From the NCBI RefSeq assembly GCF_009914755.1, contig NC_060930.1: a stretch of DNA of 64,000 nt. One strand, 5' to 3'. The position numbers and the translations under genes were made by a program. This document shows, one piece after another, positions 45,215-61,867 of the stretch. The notes below the pieces were generated by a model, which was not told where the DNA came from, searched no databases, and saw nothing but the letters and a program-made list of their open reading frames with translations. Position 1 is the first letter of the stretch; every line of letters begins with the position of its first letter. This DNA is from the human T2T-CHM13v2.0 reference genome, Homo sapiens.

Positions 45215-45963
45215 CTTTTTTTTAAAATTTTACTTTAAGTTCTGGGATACATGTGGGGAATGTGCAGGTTTGTTACATAGGTATACATGTGCCATGGTTG
45301 TTTGCCGCACCCAACAACCTGTCATCTAGGTTTTAAGCCTTGCATGCATTAGGTATTTGTCCTAATGCTCTCCCTCCCCTTGTCCCCCACCACCCAACAG
45401 GCCCTGGTGTGGGATGTTCCCCTCCCTGTGTCCATGTGTTCTCATTGTTCAACTCCCATTTATGAGTGAGAACATGCAGTGGTTGGTTTTCTGTTCCTGT
45501 GTTAGTTTGCTGAGAATGACGGTTTCCAGCTTCATTCATGTCCCTGCAAAGGACAGGAACTCATTCTTTTTTATGGTTGCATAGTATTCCATGGTGTATA
45601 TGTGCCACATTTCCTTTATCCAGTCTATCATTGATGGGCATTTGGGTTGGTTCCAAGTCTTTGCTGTTGTAAATAGTGCTGCAATAAACATGCGTGTGCA
45701 TGTATCTTTATAGAATAATTTATAATCCTTTTAGTATATACCCAGTAATGGGATTGCTGGGTCAAATGGTGTTTCTGGTTCTAGATCCTTGAGGAATTGC
45801 CACAGAGTCTTCCACAATTGTTGAACTAATTTACACTCCCACCAACAGTATAAAAGTGTTCCTATTTCTCCATATCATCTCCAGCATCTGTTGTTTCCTG
45901 ACTTTTTAATGATCGCCATTCTAACTGGCGTGAGACGGTATTTCATTGTGGTTTTGATTTGCA
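45215..45963 (-). mobile_element. 5'-truncated L1PA (PA8-PA11-like)
   Basis: tactttaagttctgggatacatgtg... 3' end; TSD gaaattgcatcatttt. Confidence 0.93.
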
Positions 45964-48234
45964 AGGAAATTGCATCATTTTCCACTGAACCTAAGTTGCA
46001 GTTCCATTCTGCCTAAGACCACCAAACTCACCTGCCCCACTGTTATACCTTCTGGATGTCAGTGAAAGTTCATGGACAAGAGAATATTTGTAAAACTGCA
46101 TTGGATTTCTGTTGAGAAATGCTATGTTTTCAAAAGGTGAAAAAATGTAGACATGTATTTTCAGACCTTTTATTTTTCAATCATAGCAGTGGAATTCCTT
46201 GATGGTTTATGAAAATAAATGTTTTTCTCACTCCTAGGCCATTTAAAAATATATAATATGGAGTTGAAGTTATTAATAGAAATAACTAAGGGTGAGAGAG
46301 AATGGCACTTGTACTATTGAGTACAATATTAGAAGCAAGTGCTGTTATATTGCCAGACTATATAAAATAACAAGTGTTTCTAGTGCACTGAGTGAATGTA
46401 TGGTTTAGAAAACATTACTAATTACGTGCGTATTCATTGATTTATTCACTAAGTACTCACTGAGGGTCTACTGTGTACCTGAGTCTAGCCAGAGGCTTGT
46501 GGTGGAGAGCTGAGCAGGTCAGGTCCAAACTTATGTTCTTGCTATTTCTTTGGGTGTGGGTGGTTGGATGGTTAGCTCAGTGGTCTCGGATGCTGGAATT
46601 TGTTCTAATAAGTTTCTGAGCTGCTTCATAAACCAAGAGGGTTAGGGGAACTATAGCTGAGTCATCTCCTTTTCCTCCTCTTCCTCCTTCTTCCCCTCCT
46701 CCCCACCGTCTGTTACTACTATTATAGGAAATTTGAACTGGAATGAAAAAAAAATCAGTGTTACAAAAATGGTCACATTTTGGAATAACTCTACACTTAC
46801 ATAGTGTGTTCTAGTGATTAGAAACAAAAAAGCCATCATTTTAGGCTAGATTTTTCAGAATGATCACAATGCTACCACTGTTTTGCACTTACCTTAAAAA
46901 ATAAAGTGCTTCCCCTAAGTTTGATCATTTGCTTGTTAGCATAATTTGGCCATTAAACATTAAGCATTGTTTGAGACCCGTAAGTCAAGCCAGGCTATGG
47001 TGAAACAAAATTAGCAAAATTCGAATTGATGCCGGAAACTGGTGAAGCCGCCATAGATTTAAGGACCAATTTGCCAGGTTACCGTCTGCAGGTTCTGCTA
47101 TGGACCAGGTGGGGGCAGCAGAGAGCTGGCTGTGGTCTCCAGAAGGGAAGGCCAGCACCTGCCTGCAGATTCCAAGGCACAGGTGGAGGTGGTAATGAGT
47201 TACGAGGTAGAGTCAAGGTTTGGACTGCATCTGAGAAGGGAGGAAAGCAAGAGAGTTAGAAACACCATAAAGATGAGACTGCAGAGCAAGCCAGAATGGA
47301 AGTAGGACAAAGAACTGGTGTAAGTCAAAGAGCAAAGGTGCAGGGGTCACAGGGAGGAGAGGTTGGGTGGGCAGACAGGAGGTGCCCGAAGGAGGCCAGC
47401 CTGCTTCACTAGTGCCCCTTCCAGTACCTTCCCAACTCGGTGAGCCAGGTCCATACTTGGTTCTGTTTGGTCTTCCAAGGGCTATGAAGGGACAGGGATG
47501 TGAGAGACACCAGCCATCTCTCTCTCCTGAGCTATTAATAATGAAAGTTCCTGTTTTATGAACAAATACTGAAATGAATGGAGAACACTCAACAATTTGG
47601 TAGCAATCAGAGTGTGGTAGTGAAGCATTGCCTGGGCTTTTCCTTCTGGTTCCTGCAAAGGACTAAGGTCCTCAGCAGCCTCTGTCCATCTTTTCGGAGA
47701 TTTTTCACAATCACCAAGGAAATATAGTTCAGTGCTCCTGTTTACTTAATGGTCGGCTACGCTTGAAATATCATGCTCTCCCTGTGTGGTCTTGTCATAA
47801 TTATTTTCAAATGGTGCTAATTAGCAGACCCAACACATGGGCAGCCTTCCTTCCCCAGACTTGGCACCCTCACTCGCTGCATTTAGCACCCCTCATGGGA
47901 AGGCATCCTGGAGATCCCTTATCTGCACCCTGTCTCCATCTACCCCTTCCCACTCGCGGAAGCTGCCTCACCAGAGAAACTGCTATCTGATAAAGAACAT
48001 CAACAAGTCCTAGCAGATGGCTGCTTATCTCAAGACACATATATTCACCAAAATCCTAGCAGAAGAAAAAGCTGTGTTTGGATGGTCCCTGAGAGCTAAC
48101 TATAACATGTTCAAACTGTGTAACGCAGTTTGGAGATGGAGACAGAGTATGGAGAAAGAAAGACAAAGGGAGAATACCCAAAAGAGGTTTTGGAAAAGAA
48201 GAAAAATTTGTTCTTTATACATATATATCCATAA

Positions 48235-48340
48235 AGATGAGGGTCTCACTCTGTCATCCAGGCTGATCTCAAACTCCTGAACTGAAGGGATCCTCCTGCC
48301 TCAGCCTCTCCAGTAGCTGCAACTACAGGTACCAAGCTGA
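48235..48340 (-). mobile_element. FLAM_A/FAM monomer
   Basis: Monomeric Alu-like sequence; TSD aagaagaaaaatttg. Confidence 0.8.
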
Positions 48341-49323
48341 GCAAGAAGAAAAATTTGAGTTAGGCTTTAGAACATCAAACTAAGACTCTGATTTTCTTGA
48401 GAAAGTGGATAGAAAATTTGTGGTTAGAGATGACACCAGTAACGATAGGTTTCTACTCTTAGCTATGCCTGGGGCAGCTTGACCGCCACTTTGTTGATCA
48501 CATTAATTTACCTCTTCCTGCCTTTATTTCCCTTTCTGTAAAATGGGAATTAATGTGCTTGATGACAATATCTCCAAATGATTTTTAAGGCAAGAAGAGA
48601 GAATGTTACTGACAGGCCCATGGTTCTCTGGGTGAGAGGGTCACTGTGAATGAATGTACACACAGAGCCTTTTATTAGTGAGGCTTAGGGTGTCCGGTTT
48701 TTCTTGGCGGAGTAAACATCCACCCAGTAGTATTCACTCAGTTTGCATTGTTCTGTCGCATTGTTTGTAAATCTTTTGAGTGATTACGCAGCATTTGTTC
48801 CCTATTGTTCATAATACTCTTTAAAAAGCTGACTATAGGACTCCAGTCCCCACTGGTTTGTTCTTTGCCACTTGGCAAAGGTTGATTGATTTTATTTTTC
48901 CTTTGGCCTGTGCTTCTTAGTGGCTTGAAATGAACACGGCTTTTTTTCCTGTTTACCCCTTTGCCCACATTGTCAATAATAGAGTCGCCCTGGGAAGCAG
49001 AGTTTGCAAAGGGAGGAGGGTTTGGTATAAATTTGGAAGATTGTATTGTTTCAGATTTATTTTCTCAAATGCTGAAACTGCTTCTCAGGGGTTATACTTC
49101 TTTACTCATGAAAACTCACACATTCTCTTAGGTGGTACTGTTAAACATGTTACATTTGTAAAAAAATTAATAAAACGTAATGAAAGAAGCAGGAAGCAAG
49201 TGTATACACATGGTGGCCTGAGCAATTGGCTGTCATGGTTTGGTTTGATTATAGGTGTGTGAGGCACATGTATGGTGTTGCGTGGAACAGATGGATAGAA
49301 GTGGTAAAAAAGATGAATCCAAC

Positions 49324-50184
<861 letters not shown>

Positions 50185-50550
50185 ACCACTGGGTTTTATA
50201 AACTCTCAGTAGGCCTCCTCTTCTGGCCTGGTCCCATGCTATCTGACCCTTCTTGACATTCAAAAAAAGTATTTTTCTTTAGTTGAACTCCAGGAACATG
50301 AAGTGGCATTAAACAGAAGTATGAATTGCCTTTATTAAAATTGCAGTGGTCTTTTTCTTACCAAAGGTCCTGACCCAGTTGTGGAAAAATTGTTTCTTGA
50401 ATGTGGGTGACACATCTGTTTCATATCTCCAAGGCAATGCCTCAGAGCCAACTCCTCCCCCGTGTGACTCAAGGATGCCACGTGTCCCACATGTGGCCTG
50501 TTTTCTTCTCTTAACATGGCCTAAAAGGCCCTTATTGAACTCCCGTTAGC

Positions 50551-52050
<1,500 letters not shown>

Positions 52051-52479
52051 AAAAAATGAACCGGTCTCCTCCTTAACCCCTGAAATCCTGTTCGAGTCGC
52101 TGGGTTTGCCTTGCTCCACTGGGATGAAGTCCTGGCTTGGTGTCCTTGTCTCCCAGGGGTAGACGCCCCGTCTCTGGGAGGACTTGAGGCTCTCCTGGCC
52201 TGCTGCTTGGCCTCCTTACCTGTTCTGCCCACTCAGAGCCCTGCCAGCTGCCTGGGATGGCTGCCGGGCACGTCCTTGTTCCTGCTCAGTCAACCAGTTG
52301 GGGCCTTGGTTTGGACCTTCACTTATTCTTCTGTGAACCTACCTCTCTGGTCCCCAGCTCGTCTTCTGAAATTTTGATGTGTTGGTCAAGCCCAGTCTTG
52401 TTTGCACATCCCTGTGAATGATTCTTAATTATATTTCTGGCTGGCTCTGTGCAGTAGACCATAGAAATAACGATTGTTT

Positions 52480-53200
52480 CTGGGGTTGCGCTGGAGTGTG
52501 AACAGGTGGGGAAAATGCCTCAGGACGATTGGACCGAGGAGACTCTGAGATGACTGATGAAAGCGACAGCAAGAGCTTTCCACGCTCCTGATGGCAGGAG
52601 GGGACGGCGGTGCTGAGGGGTGGGGGAGGCTCAGGGGGAGCTGTTGAGGGTCCCGTGCTCGTCAATTCTCTAGCTTCTCAGGCGCCTTGATCTTGTCATT
52701 TAGAAGCCTCTGGAAGCACAGGGACTGTGGAAACTGGAAGCTGTTCTTGGACTATTTCGCAACACTTTTCTCCAGGAAAAAGAAAAAATAAAAAAAAGCC
52801 TCATTCTCTTCGTCCCCAATGTTACATAATCGAACATTTCCCGTCCTGGTTGAAATGAATATCCTCTTTGCCTGAATAAATAATGCACAGATTCTTCGGG
52901 ACAGGCTGCTTCCTCCAGGCCGCCGCTTCCAAGGGATCCGGTCGCTTTGTGGGTTTAGTGGTGGCCCACAGCTGGACGCGGGGTCCAGCTTGGGGTGGGG
53001 GAGGCGGTGCTTTCTGCCAAAATGTCTTTTAAACGTCTCAACAAGTAGCAAACAAGGCCCCACCTGCGACAGTTGTAGTGATTCCGGAAGACCTGCTCAC
53101 CACGAGGTGCTGGGGTCGCTTGCAGCTGGCAGTCTCCGGTGGCTGCAGTTTAAATAAATCTCCTAAGTGCAGAATCACCACACAGGGCGCGGAGAAACTG
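52480..53200. promoter_or_regulatory. CpG-enriched, G-rich unique element (candidate enhancer/promoter/CTCF site)
   Basis: Local CpG retention outside repeats, duplicated GGGGTGGGGGAGGC, CTCF-like ccacgaggtgctg. Confidence 0.55.
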
Positions 53201-53877
53201 AAAAGTTAAAACATCTGGAGTTACAAACACTCACAGGCCTATCAGCTGTCTGAGTCCCCGTAGGAAAACTGTTTATCGGATGCTTTAGTATTCAACCTTT
53301 TATTTCCTAGCACAGGTTTTTTGATTTTCACATGGAGTGTTTGATTATTTTCCCATGCCCAAGTCACTGTTTTCATAGCCTGTTGTTTAATCTGTGTGCA
53401 CCTTTGTTTTCACTCTATTTCCTTTGCTTTCCTATATGAGAAAAATAAATGGCACCATTGAATTGCACGGTAGAGGCTGATGCTATTCCAGGTGCTCAGG
53501 TTGGCTTTCCCATCTTTCGTTTCCTCCTGTAGGAAGTTTTTTTTGGTATAAAGGGAAGGACAGAATTGGATCTCCCTGGAGGGAGTTTCATGTGTTTCTT
53601 ATTCTGAGCTGCCGGGAGCTGGTTCACAGCACAACTTGATAATTGCTGAGTAGACCTAAAGTTTTGAAAATCAAGATCTCTTTGGAGTTTTACAAGTAAA
53701 ATTTCAAAAATGAGAAATGACTATCCCAATTTATTTTAGAAGAAAGGTGCAGCTTGTAAACTTTCATGAATTTGGTAAAAGGGGGCTAATTTGAAAAGGA
53801 AAACTAATAGGCAATATTTACAAATTGTGAAAAATATCAGAATAGTATACGTGGAAGAGTTATTAGACATTCCATTT

Positions 53878-54077
53878 GCAGTGGTAAACCCATTCCTTTG
53901 ATTCTGAATCTTGTTTAGGTTTCCTTAAGAATTTGATGAAGTTTTCAGACTCTTCCTTCAGAAAAATGCACATATTCTTATGTACCTAAATGTTTGGATA
54001 TGATTTCAGGGGATTCCAAATCCCCTGGGGACCCCCCATGTGGATGTTTGTGATGCAGAATGGGGTAAGAAAACCAG
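53878..54077. mobile_element. MER117-like hAT element
   Basis: agaatttgatgaag...cagaaaaatgcacata...atttcaggggattc. Confidence 0.65.
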
Positions 54078-54895
54078 GAGAGCCTACAAAAATTTTATGA
54101 AATAGAAATATGAACATACAGTACTGAGCCAAAATTTAGTTGTGAGGAAAATGATGTTAAATGCATTCATTTTCTAAATGATGACAGAAAATTAGACTCA
54201 TATTACTATCCGGGTGAAGCATATTTTGTACTTATGGTGACCTAGTGATCCAAATGCCTGCTCTTTGGTCTTATCCTCTTATCTTCCTTATGTCAATACT
54301 GGGCTGCTTAAATATGTACTGTCTCCGATGTCATTATCTAGTTTTGTTCTTTGTTTTCTATGTTTTATCTTTTACTTCTTGTTCCTATTTCAAATACTTT
54401 GACGGTATTGGGACTTGGGGACATGTCCTTTCCAGTACAGATTTTGGTATTGTAGAGGGAGGTTTACAAGCCCAGGTGGGTGTACTTGGGGACTGAGGCT
54501 GCTCAGTAGCCCTGTAAATGGTCAGAGTCTGCTGTTTCTGTTGCTTGGAGAGCAAGGTGAATGCAGGTCTCTTTGGATATTGGGGATGATAGAGGGATGT
54601 GGATTGGAGAGGAACAGGACTTCCTGCCCCCTCAATTTAAATGGAGATTCATTTGATCAAAAAAAAAAAAAAAAGCACATATATTCACCAGGCCCTGTGT
54701 GAACTACCACCTTGGATGTAGGTGGAGTAAGCCATATTCCCAGGTAGCCTGCAATCAACTGCAATCCATTGGTGGTAGGAGGCATGGGAGATACAGAAGT
54801 AACTCAGGACTAGATTGAATTGGCCACTTATCTAAGAGTGTTATCAAGTGTTCTGTAAATGTGTGAATTCTGATTAGTTATCAGGTTGTCATACA

Positions 54896-55211
54896 TTTTT
54901 TTTTCTTTTTTTTTTTGAGATAGAGTCTCACTCTGTCGCCCAGGCTAGAGTGCAGAGGTGCTATCTCAGGTCACTGAAACCTCCACCTCCCAGGTTCAAG
55001 CAATTCTCTCACCTCAGCCTCCTAAGTAGCTGGGATTACAAGCATGTGCCACCACGTCTGGCTATTTTTTTTTTTTTTTTTTTTGTAGTTTTAGTAGAGA
55101 TGGGATTTCACCATGTGGCCAGGCTGGTTTCGAACTCCTGAGCTCAACTCATCAGCCCACCCCTGCCTCAAAAAGTGCTGGGATTACAGGCGTGAGCCAC
55201 CACACCTGGCT
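54896..55211 (-). mobile_element. AluS/J
   Basis: Full dimer; TSD tgtcataca. Confidence 0.9.
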
Positions 55212-55359
55212 ACGTGTCATACAATTCATTTGTCTCCCTTCCTAGACACAAGCTCCTCAGGATCATATCTGTTCTTCCTTGCTGGCACAGAGGAGATGCT
55301 TCAGTAGTGCTTGTTGCTAGAGGAGAAGGGTACAAGTGGCATGTGGAGAGATTCAGAGA

Positions 55360-55800
55360 AGGGTAGAATAGGATGATGTTGGGCCATCAGGAAGGTCTCC
55401 ATGGAGAAGGTGTGCTTTGAGATGAACACTGAGGAAGTGGTGGGATCACACCTGACCTAGATAGAGAAGGGGCTGAAATCCAAGCATAGGATGGTGGGAG
55501 CAGGGAAAGAGAGGTTGACTGAAGTTGAAGGCTGGAGAGGTTGGCTGGAGACGGGTGATCAGGGATATGGTAAGTGGTTTGTGCTTAATTTAATCTTGCA
55601 GTAACACGGTGAGGATGATTAATCGGGAACATAATCTGGTGAAGGTATGTTGGACGGATTCGAAATGGTAGAGGCTGTCGGCAACCAGACCAATTAGGAC
55701 ACCATTGCAAAAGTCCAGCTGAGAGCTGAAGAGGATCTGACTTGTGACAGGGAGTAGGACAAACAAGGGATGGAGGCTGGAGGTATTTTGGAGATACAGC
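55360..55800 (-). mobile_element. L2 fragment
   Basis: catcaggaaggtctccatggagaaggtg...agaccaattaggac... Confidence 0.6.
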
Positions 55801-56303
55801 CTGCAGTTCTTATAATCCAAACTTCCCCAGAATATCTCAGCCCAGGAATAAAAATAGGATGAAAACAACAATAACACAATAATATTTTATCTCTGCTTTC
55901 TATCAACTGTTTGCAACCTGCAATTCTTTCTGGTTCTTCCTTCCTGCGGGGCCAGGTGAACAGGCAGGTGCTGAATATCACTGCTGGGCTCACAGAAGCC
56001 CCCAGTGCTGGGGGGCCAAGGCTGCGGCTGCTGGTGCCAATCAAAGGCACCCATAGGCAGGACCCTCTTCCACTAGGTTTCATTGCAAACGGGAAGCCTC
56101 AAGGCAGGCGCTTTCCACTGCTAATCGGTACCTGGTACAGGAATTAAGGCTTCACTTTGTTTGTTCTGAGGGGTTTACAGAGATTTTTCTTCTGTAAAGC
56201 CACTGCTCCTTTCACTAAAATTCCGGAGTTTGTGCAAGCTGGGAAGTTAAACTTAGCAACAGAGTCTCTGCTGTATTTAAATATCATTTTTGTCTGACAC
56301 TGG

Positions 56304-56632
<329 letters not shown>

Positions 56633-57112
56633 ACTGGCCTCTTGTCCTTAGAGGAAATATGTGAATTTCTCCTTTCTGCTCAGAAGTACACCTTAGTAGT
56701 TGACAAACGTAAACTACCCGAAGGGCCAGCCTTCTCTGGATCCTACTTGAGACCTTGCTTCCTGCTGAGAAGTGTGTGCATTTGTGTATCTGGTGATCGA
56801 GATGTCTGGAAGAGTGGGGAGAAGACTGAGGGGCAGATGGGGAGTAAGAAGGGTCAGAAAGCTATTTTGGTTCAGCAGTATCAATAATGTTTTTGCTTTA
56901 AATCATTGTCTTCTTCAATGTTGCTTCCTTTGTCACTCCTGTAAATATGATAGCCCATTTATTCTTCTAATAGAAAATTTTTCATAATTATTTCCTCACA
57001 TAAGATGTTTATGGCTTTATATATATGTGTGTATATAAAGAGGAGGCACATAATTTATGAAAGCAGATTTTAAAAGCCTTTCTACAGATGAAATGTAAAG
57101 TTCAATTGCATT

Positions 57113-57345
57113 TTTTCTTTTGGAGATGGGTCTTACTCTGTCACTCAGGCAAAAGTGCAGCGGCACGAACGTGGCTCACTGCAACCTCAAACAGTTCTCC
57201 CACCACAGCCTCCAGGTAGCTGGGACCACAGACATATGCCATCACATCCAGCTAATTAAAACAATTTTTTTTTTTTTTTTTTTTTTTTATTTAGAGACGG
57301 GGTCTTTCTACATTGCTCAGGCTAGTCTTGAACTTCTAGGCTCAA
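57113..57345 (-). mobile_element. Degenerate AluJ
   Basis: Diverged Alu, 5'-truncated. Confidence 0.8.
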
Positions 57346-57603
57346 ATTTCTTGATTTCTTCCAAAAGTATTTTCTGCTTGACATTGTCATTTGAAGAAAG
57401 ATAGTTTTAAAAAAATTTGAAGAAAGAGACTATTTTTATCCCTATAAGCTTGAACTAGGGCTTTCATACTGAGTAAAAGACAGTATACAGTGTCATTGAG
57501 GATGGGTCATATTATGGCTCCGTTGTCGAACACTCTAGATCTGGACACTGAAAAGTGGACTACTGATGGATTTTATGCCTCTGCTATAAAAACCAGCACC
57601 TGG

Positions 57604-58550
<947 letters not shown>

Positions 58551-59733
58551 GTAAGCAGAGTTTCAATTTTGGTTGCTCTTCACGAGGAAAGCCAGAAGCC
58601 CAGAGCTGTTTTGCTAGAGTGATAGAACTGAGATAGTGTTTTGAGCAGTGCCCAGTGGGAACATCTTTGCTGAGAAGAACGAATAAAGAATTTTGGCAAT
58701 TAACTATGTAACTGAGTCCCAGACTCTGCTATCATCTGGGGTGGCAGATAAAAACACACAGTCCAAATAAAAAACCTGATTTTTTATTTTAGCCTGAATC
58801 ACCCAGATCACAGCAGGATTTTGCTTGAACAACCCAGACAGATTGCATTCATTTTCTGCTTTACTGTGCTTGTGGAAGCCAGGCTGTTAGTGGTTTCTTC
58901 TGGAATGGGAGAATGTATCACAAAAAGGTTGGAACCTGAAAAATTTCTAGAATTTCATTGTTCTGTGCTTCTTAATAAACAATGTGACACTATCAAGGAA
59001 TGTGTGTTGACCCTCTTTTTTTAAAAAAATAAAGATGTAGTGGATAGCACAATTTTGATGAAATGTCAGGCTTTATTTTTCATTTGAAAAATGTGTGTGA
59101 GGGAATCAGGTGTAATGGCATGATACATCTCTTTAAATTATACTTACGAGATTAAATTTGTCCTGTGTTTCAATTACACTGTATTATACTGCTTCATTTA
59201 AATTGTTGTTTTCTTCTTTTTTAATTGTTCAACCTAATTGTCTAATAGTGATGAATGCAATTTAATTAGACACTTTTCCTTGAAGGATATATATATATTT
59301 TCCCTATAATAAAGCACAGAATAGTTTAAAAAATGTATTGGTCCAAGCACACATTTTTATTTTTAGTGATTTCATTAGAACAATAAACTTCAAAATGATT
59401 CATAACAACCTTTCTGGATTGATTTGATGGAACTGTTTTTACCCATTCACTGATAAACCTGTCAACAGTTTCCTCTCATGACACATACAAAGCACGTGTG
59501 TTCCCATAGTGTGTCCTTGTGTGTAATTCCTTGTGCTGGTTCAGATTCTGAAATGGAGCTTTAAAAGCATGGAGGCTTGAGTTGGTCCATGTGAGTTTGA
59601 ACCCTGGCCGCAGCTGGTATGGGTACTTAATCTCAGTATCCCACGGTTTCCTCAACTGCAAAATGGGTTTTTAGTAGTACTTACCTCACTGGGTTGCTAC
59701 AAAGATGCTTAAACTAGTATCTGACATCTAGTA

Positions 59734-60085
59734 CAGCCAGCCCTCCATATCTGTGGGTTCCACATCTGAGGATTCAATCAACCTCTGGTTGGATAAAAAA
59801 TATCTAGGAAAATAGCTGCATACTAGGGGAAAAAAAAAAGAAAAAAATATCCAGGAAAAAAATTGTGCCAGTACTGAACATGACTTTGCTCTTTTCATTC
59901 TCTAAACAATATAGTATAACACATATTTACTTCACATTTACATTGTTTTAGGTATTATAAGTAATCTATGGATTATTTAAAGTATACAGGAGGATGTGCA
60001 TAGGATATATGTAAATACTATGTGATTTTATATCAGGGACTTGTCCTGGAACCAATATCCCAACCCTAATACTAAGGGATGACTA
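59734..60085. mobile_element. Tigger3/MER2-type TcMar element inserted in a MIR (about 59545-60115)
   Basis: TA-flanked cagccagccctccatatctgtgggttcc...atactaagggatgact; ggtattataagtaatct..tttaaagtatacaggaggatgtgcatagg. Confidence 0.88.
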
Positions 60086-60899
60086 TATATGCTCAGAAGA
60101 CATTTGTTGTCATTTTTATTCTCTTGCACTCAAGAAAGCACATATTGGAATGCAAACGAATATCAATAATAGTTTTTTAAAGGATAATTAAGTTAATTTA
60201 TAATTTACATACAATATACATTGTACATTTATATTTTCTAATGAAAAGGAAATAATCTATAACCTTCAGTTCAGAATTCATTAGCTGTCCTATTTTGAGA
60301 ACTGTTGCTCTATGTAATTTTCGTCTCTGTATTGATGTGTAAAACTGGTTTTAACAGGTAGCTAAATGCTGTTTGAAAAGCATACTTCACCCATTCTGGC
60401 AACTAAAATAATTGAAAGATTTAATTAATTTAGAAAAAAATTTCGCTTTCAAAACACTTGAACTGTTCAGAGCATGTTATTCAATAATCTACCTTTCACC
60501 AGAAATCATAATAAACACAATAAAAATGCTTACAGAACCCCCACAATGCGTTAGTATACATGATTATTCCTTGTGTAAGTGAATCTTGTTGAGATTTTAT
60601 GCTCAGTCAATTGCAATTAAATACTTTATATATTAACTAAAATGTGTCCTGCTCTATGTATTCTGGAGAAGTTACTCTCAGACAAATTTACATATTTAAA
60701 TTATTTTATGGGCTAACTGATAAGTATAGAGAAGACTGAAGACAGTTAAGATCATTGATTTCAAAATGTTTTAAAGTGTTGATTATTTATTTTGGTTTTC
60801 TTTCTTTCCCATGCCAGTTTTGAGATGCACCTCTTACTTGGCAGGTGTTCCTCTGTACTGGGTACTGGGACAGAGAGAAATACAGTAGCAAGAGGGAGA

Positions 60900-61698
60900 T
60901 CCTGCCTCCGCCCCATTCTACCATTCTCACTGCCAGAAAGCCAGCCTTTTTTCAAGGCTTGTAGAGAAGAAAAAGAGAAAATATTTTTAAAAATTCATTT
61001 AAAGTACCTACTGCATAAACCACACCAGACATGATGAGATATTAAAATGTCAATATTATTAAAAATTTTTAATATGATTTTACAGCCCCTTTGCTACTTT
61101 AAAATGTTTATCTTAGTGTTAAACAAACAATCAATAACCTCATAAACTTAAAAATTGCTGCAGGAAATACCGGACAGTTTATGGAAGGATCATATGACAG
61201 AAGGAAGGGCTGAAGAGTGTGAGAAGCTAGACCTCTGCAGGTTACCGAAGTCAAGAACCTCATTAATCGGTAACAAGAAGTGCAGAGCGGGCTTTTGAGT
61301 CCATGCCTGAGTAAGAAAGTCCCAAAAAACACTCACAGAAGATATTTCCTTGCCCCTGCTTTTAGTTTAGCTGTAGCTAACTTTGGATTAACAAAATTTA
61401 TGTGCTGAATGATGTTTTATTTTTTTTTCCAACTCCACATGCCTGTCTAGACTTCAAGCTTTATTACGAATAAAGAGAAAATCGGCTGGATGGCATAAAA
61501 AATATTTCAGGCAGATTAACACATGATTTACCTCTTCTTGAACATCCATCTTAATGGAAGTGCTAAGAAAGTTAGATTCGGGCCTGGCTTGGCAAAAGCA
61601 AGGCCACCCCCTCCTCTATTTTTTCAATGAGATTTTCCAATCCTAGTCAAATGGTGGTGCTAGTTCTTTATTTTTGAGTTACTGCATTTCCTAATTTC
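60900..61698 (+). promoter_or_regulatory. ESR1: ESR1 promoter F region
   Basis: Repeat-free sequence upstream of exon F; RUNX motif AACCACA at 61018-61024, CCAAT at 61637-61641. Confidence 0.7.
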
Positions 61699-61867
61699 AT
61701 GGTCATAACAGCCTCCTGTCTACCGACTCAGAACGGATTTTACCAAAACTGAAAATGCAGGCTCCATGCTCAGAAGCTCTTTAACAGGCTCGAAAGGTCC
61801 ATGCTCCTTTCTCCTGCCCATTCTATAGCATAAGAAGACAGTCTCTGAGTGATAATCTTCTCTTCAA
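61699..61867 (+). other. ESR1: ESR1 untranslated first exon F
   Basis: atggtcataacagcctcctgtctaccgactcagaacgg...ttctatagcataagaagacagtctctgagtgataatcttctcttcaa recalled as the ESR1 F-type mRNA 5' end; donor GTAGGT at 61868. Confidence 0.9.

Noticed and set aside
49027-49033. TATAAAT as a TATA box for a new promoter
   Set aside because: This motif is common in AT-rich DNA and there is no supporting exon structure.
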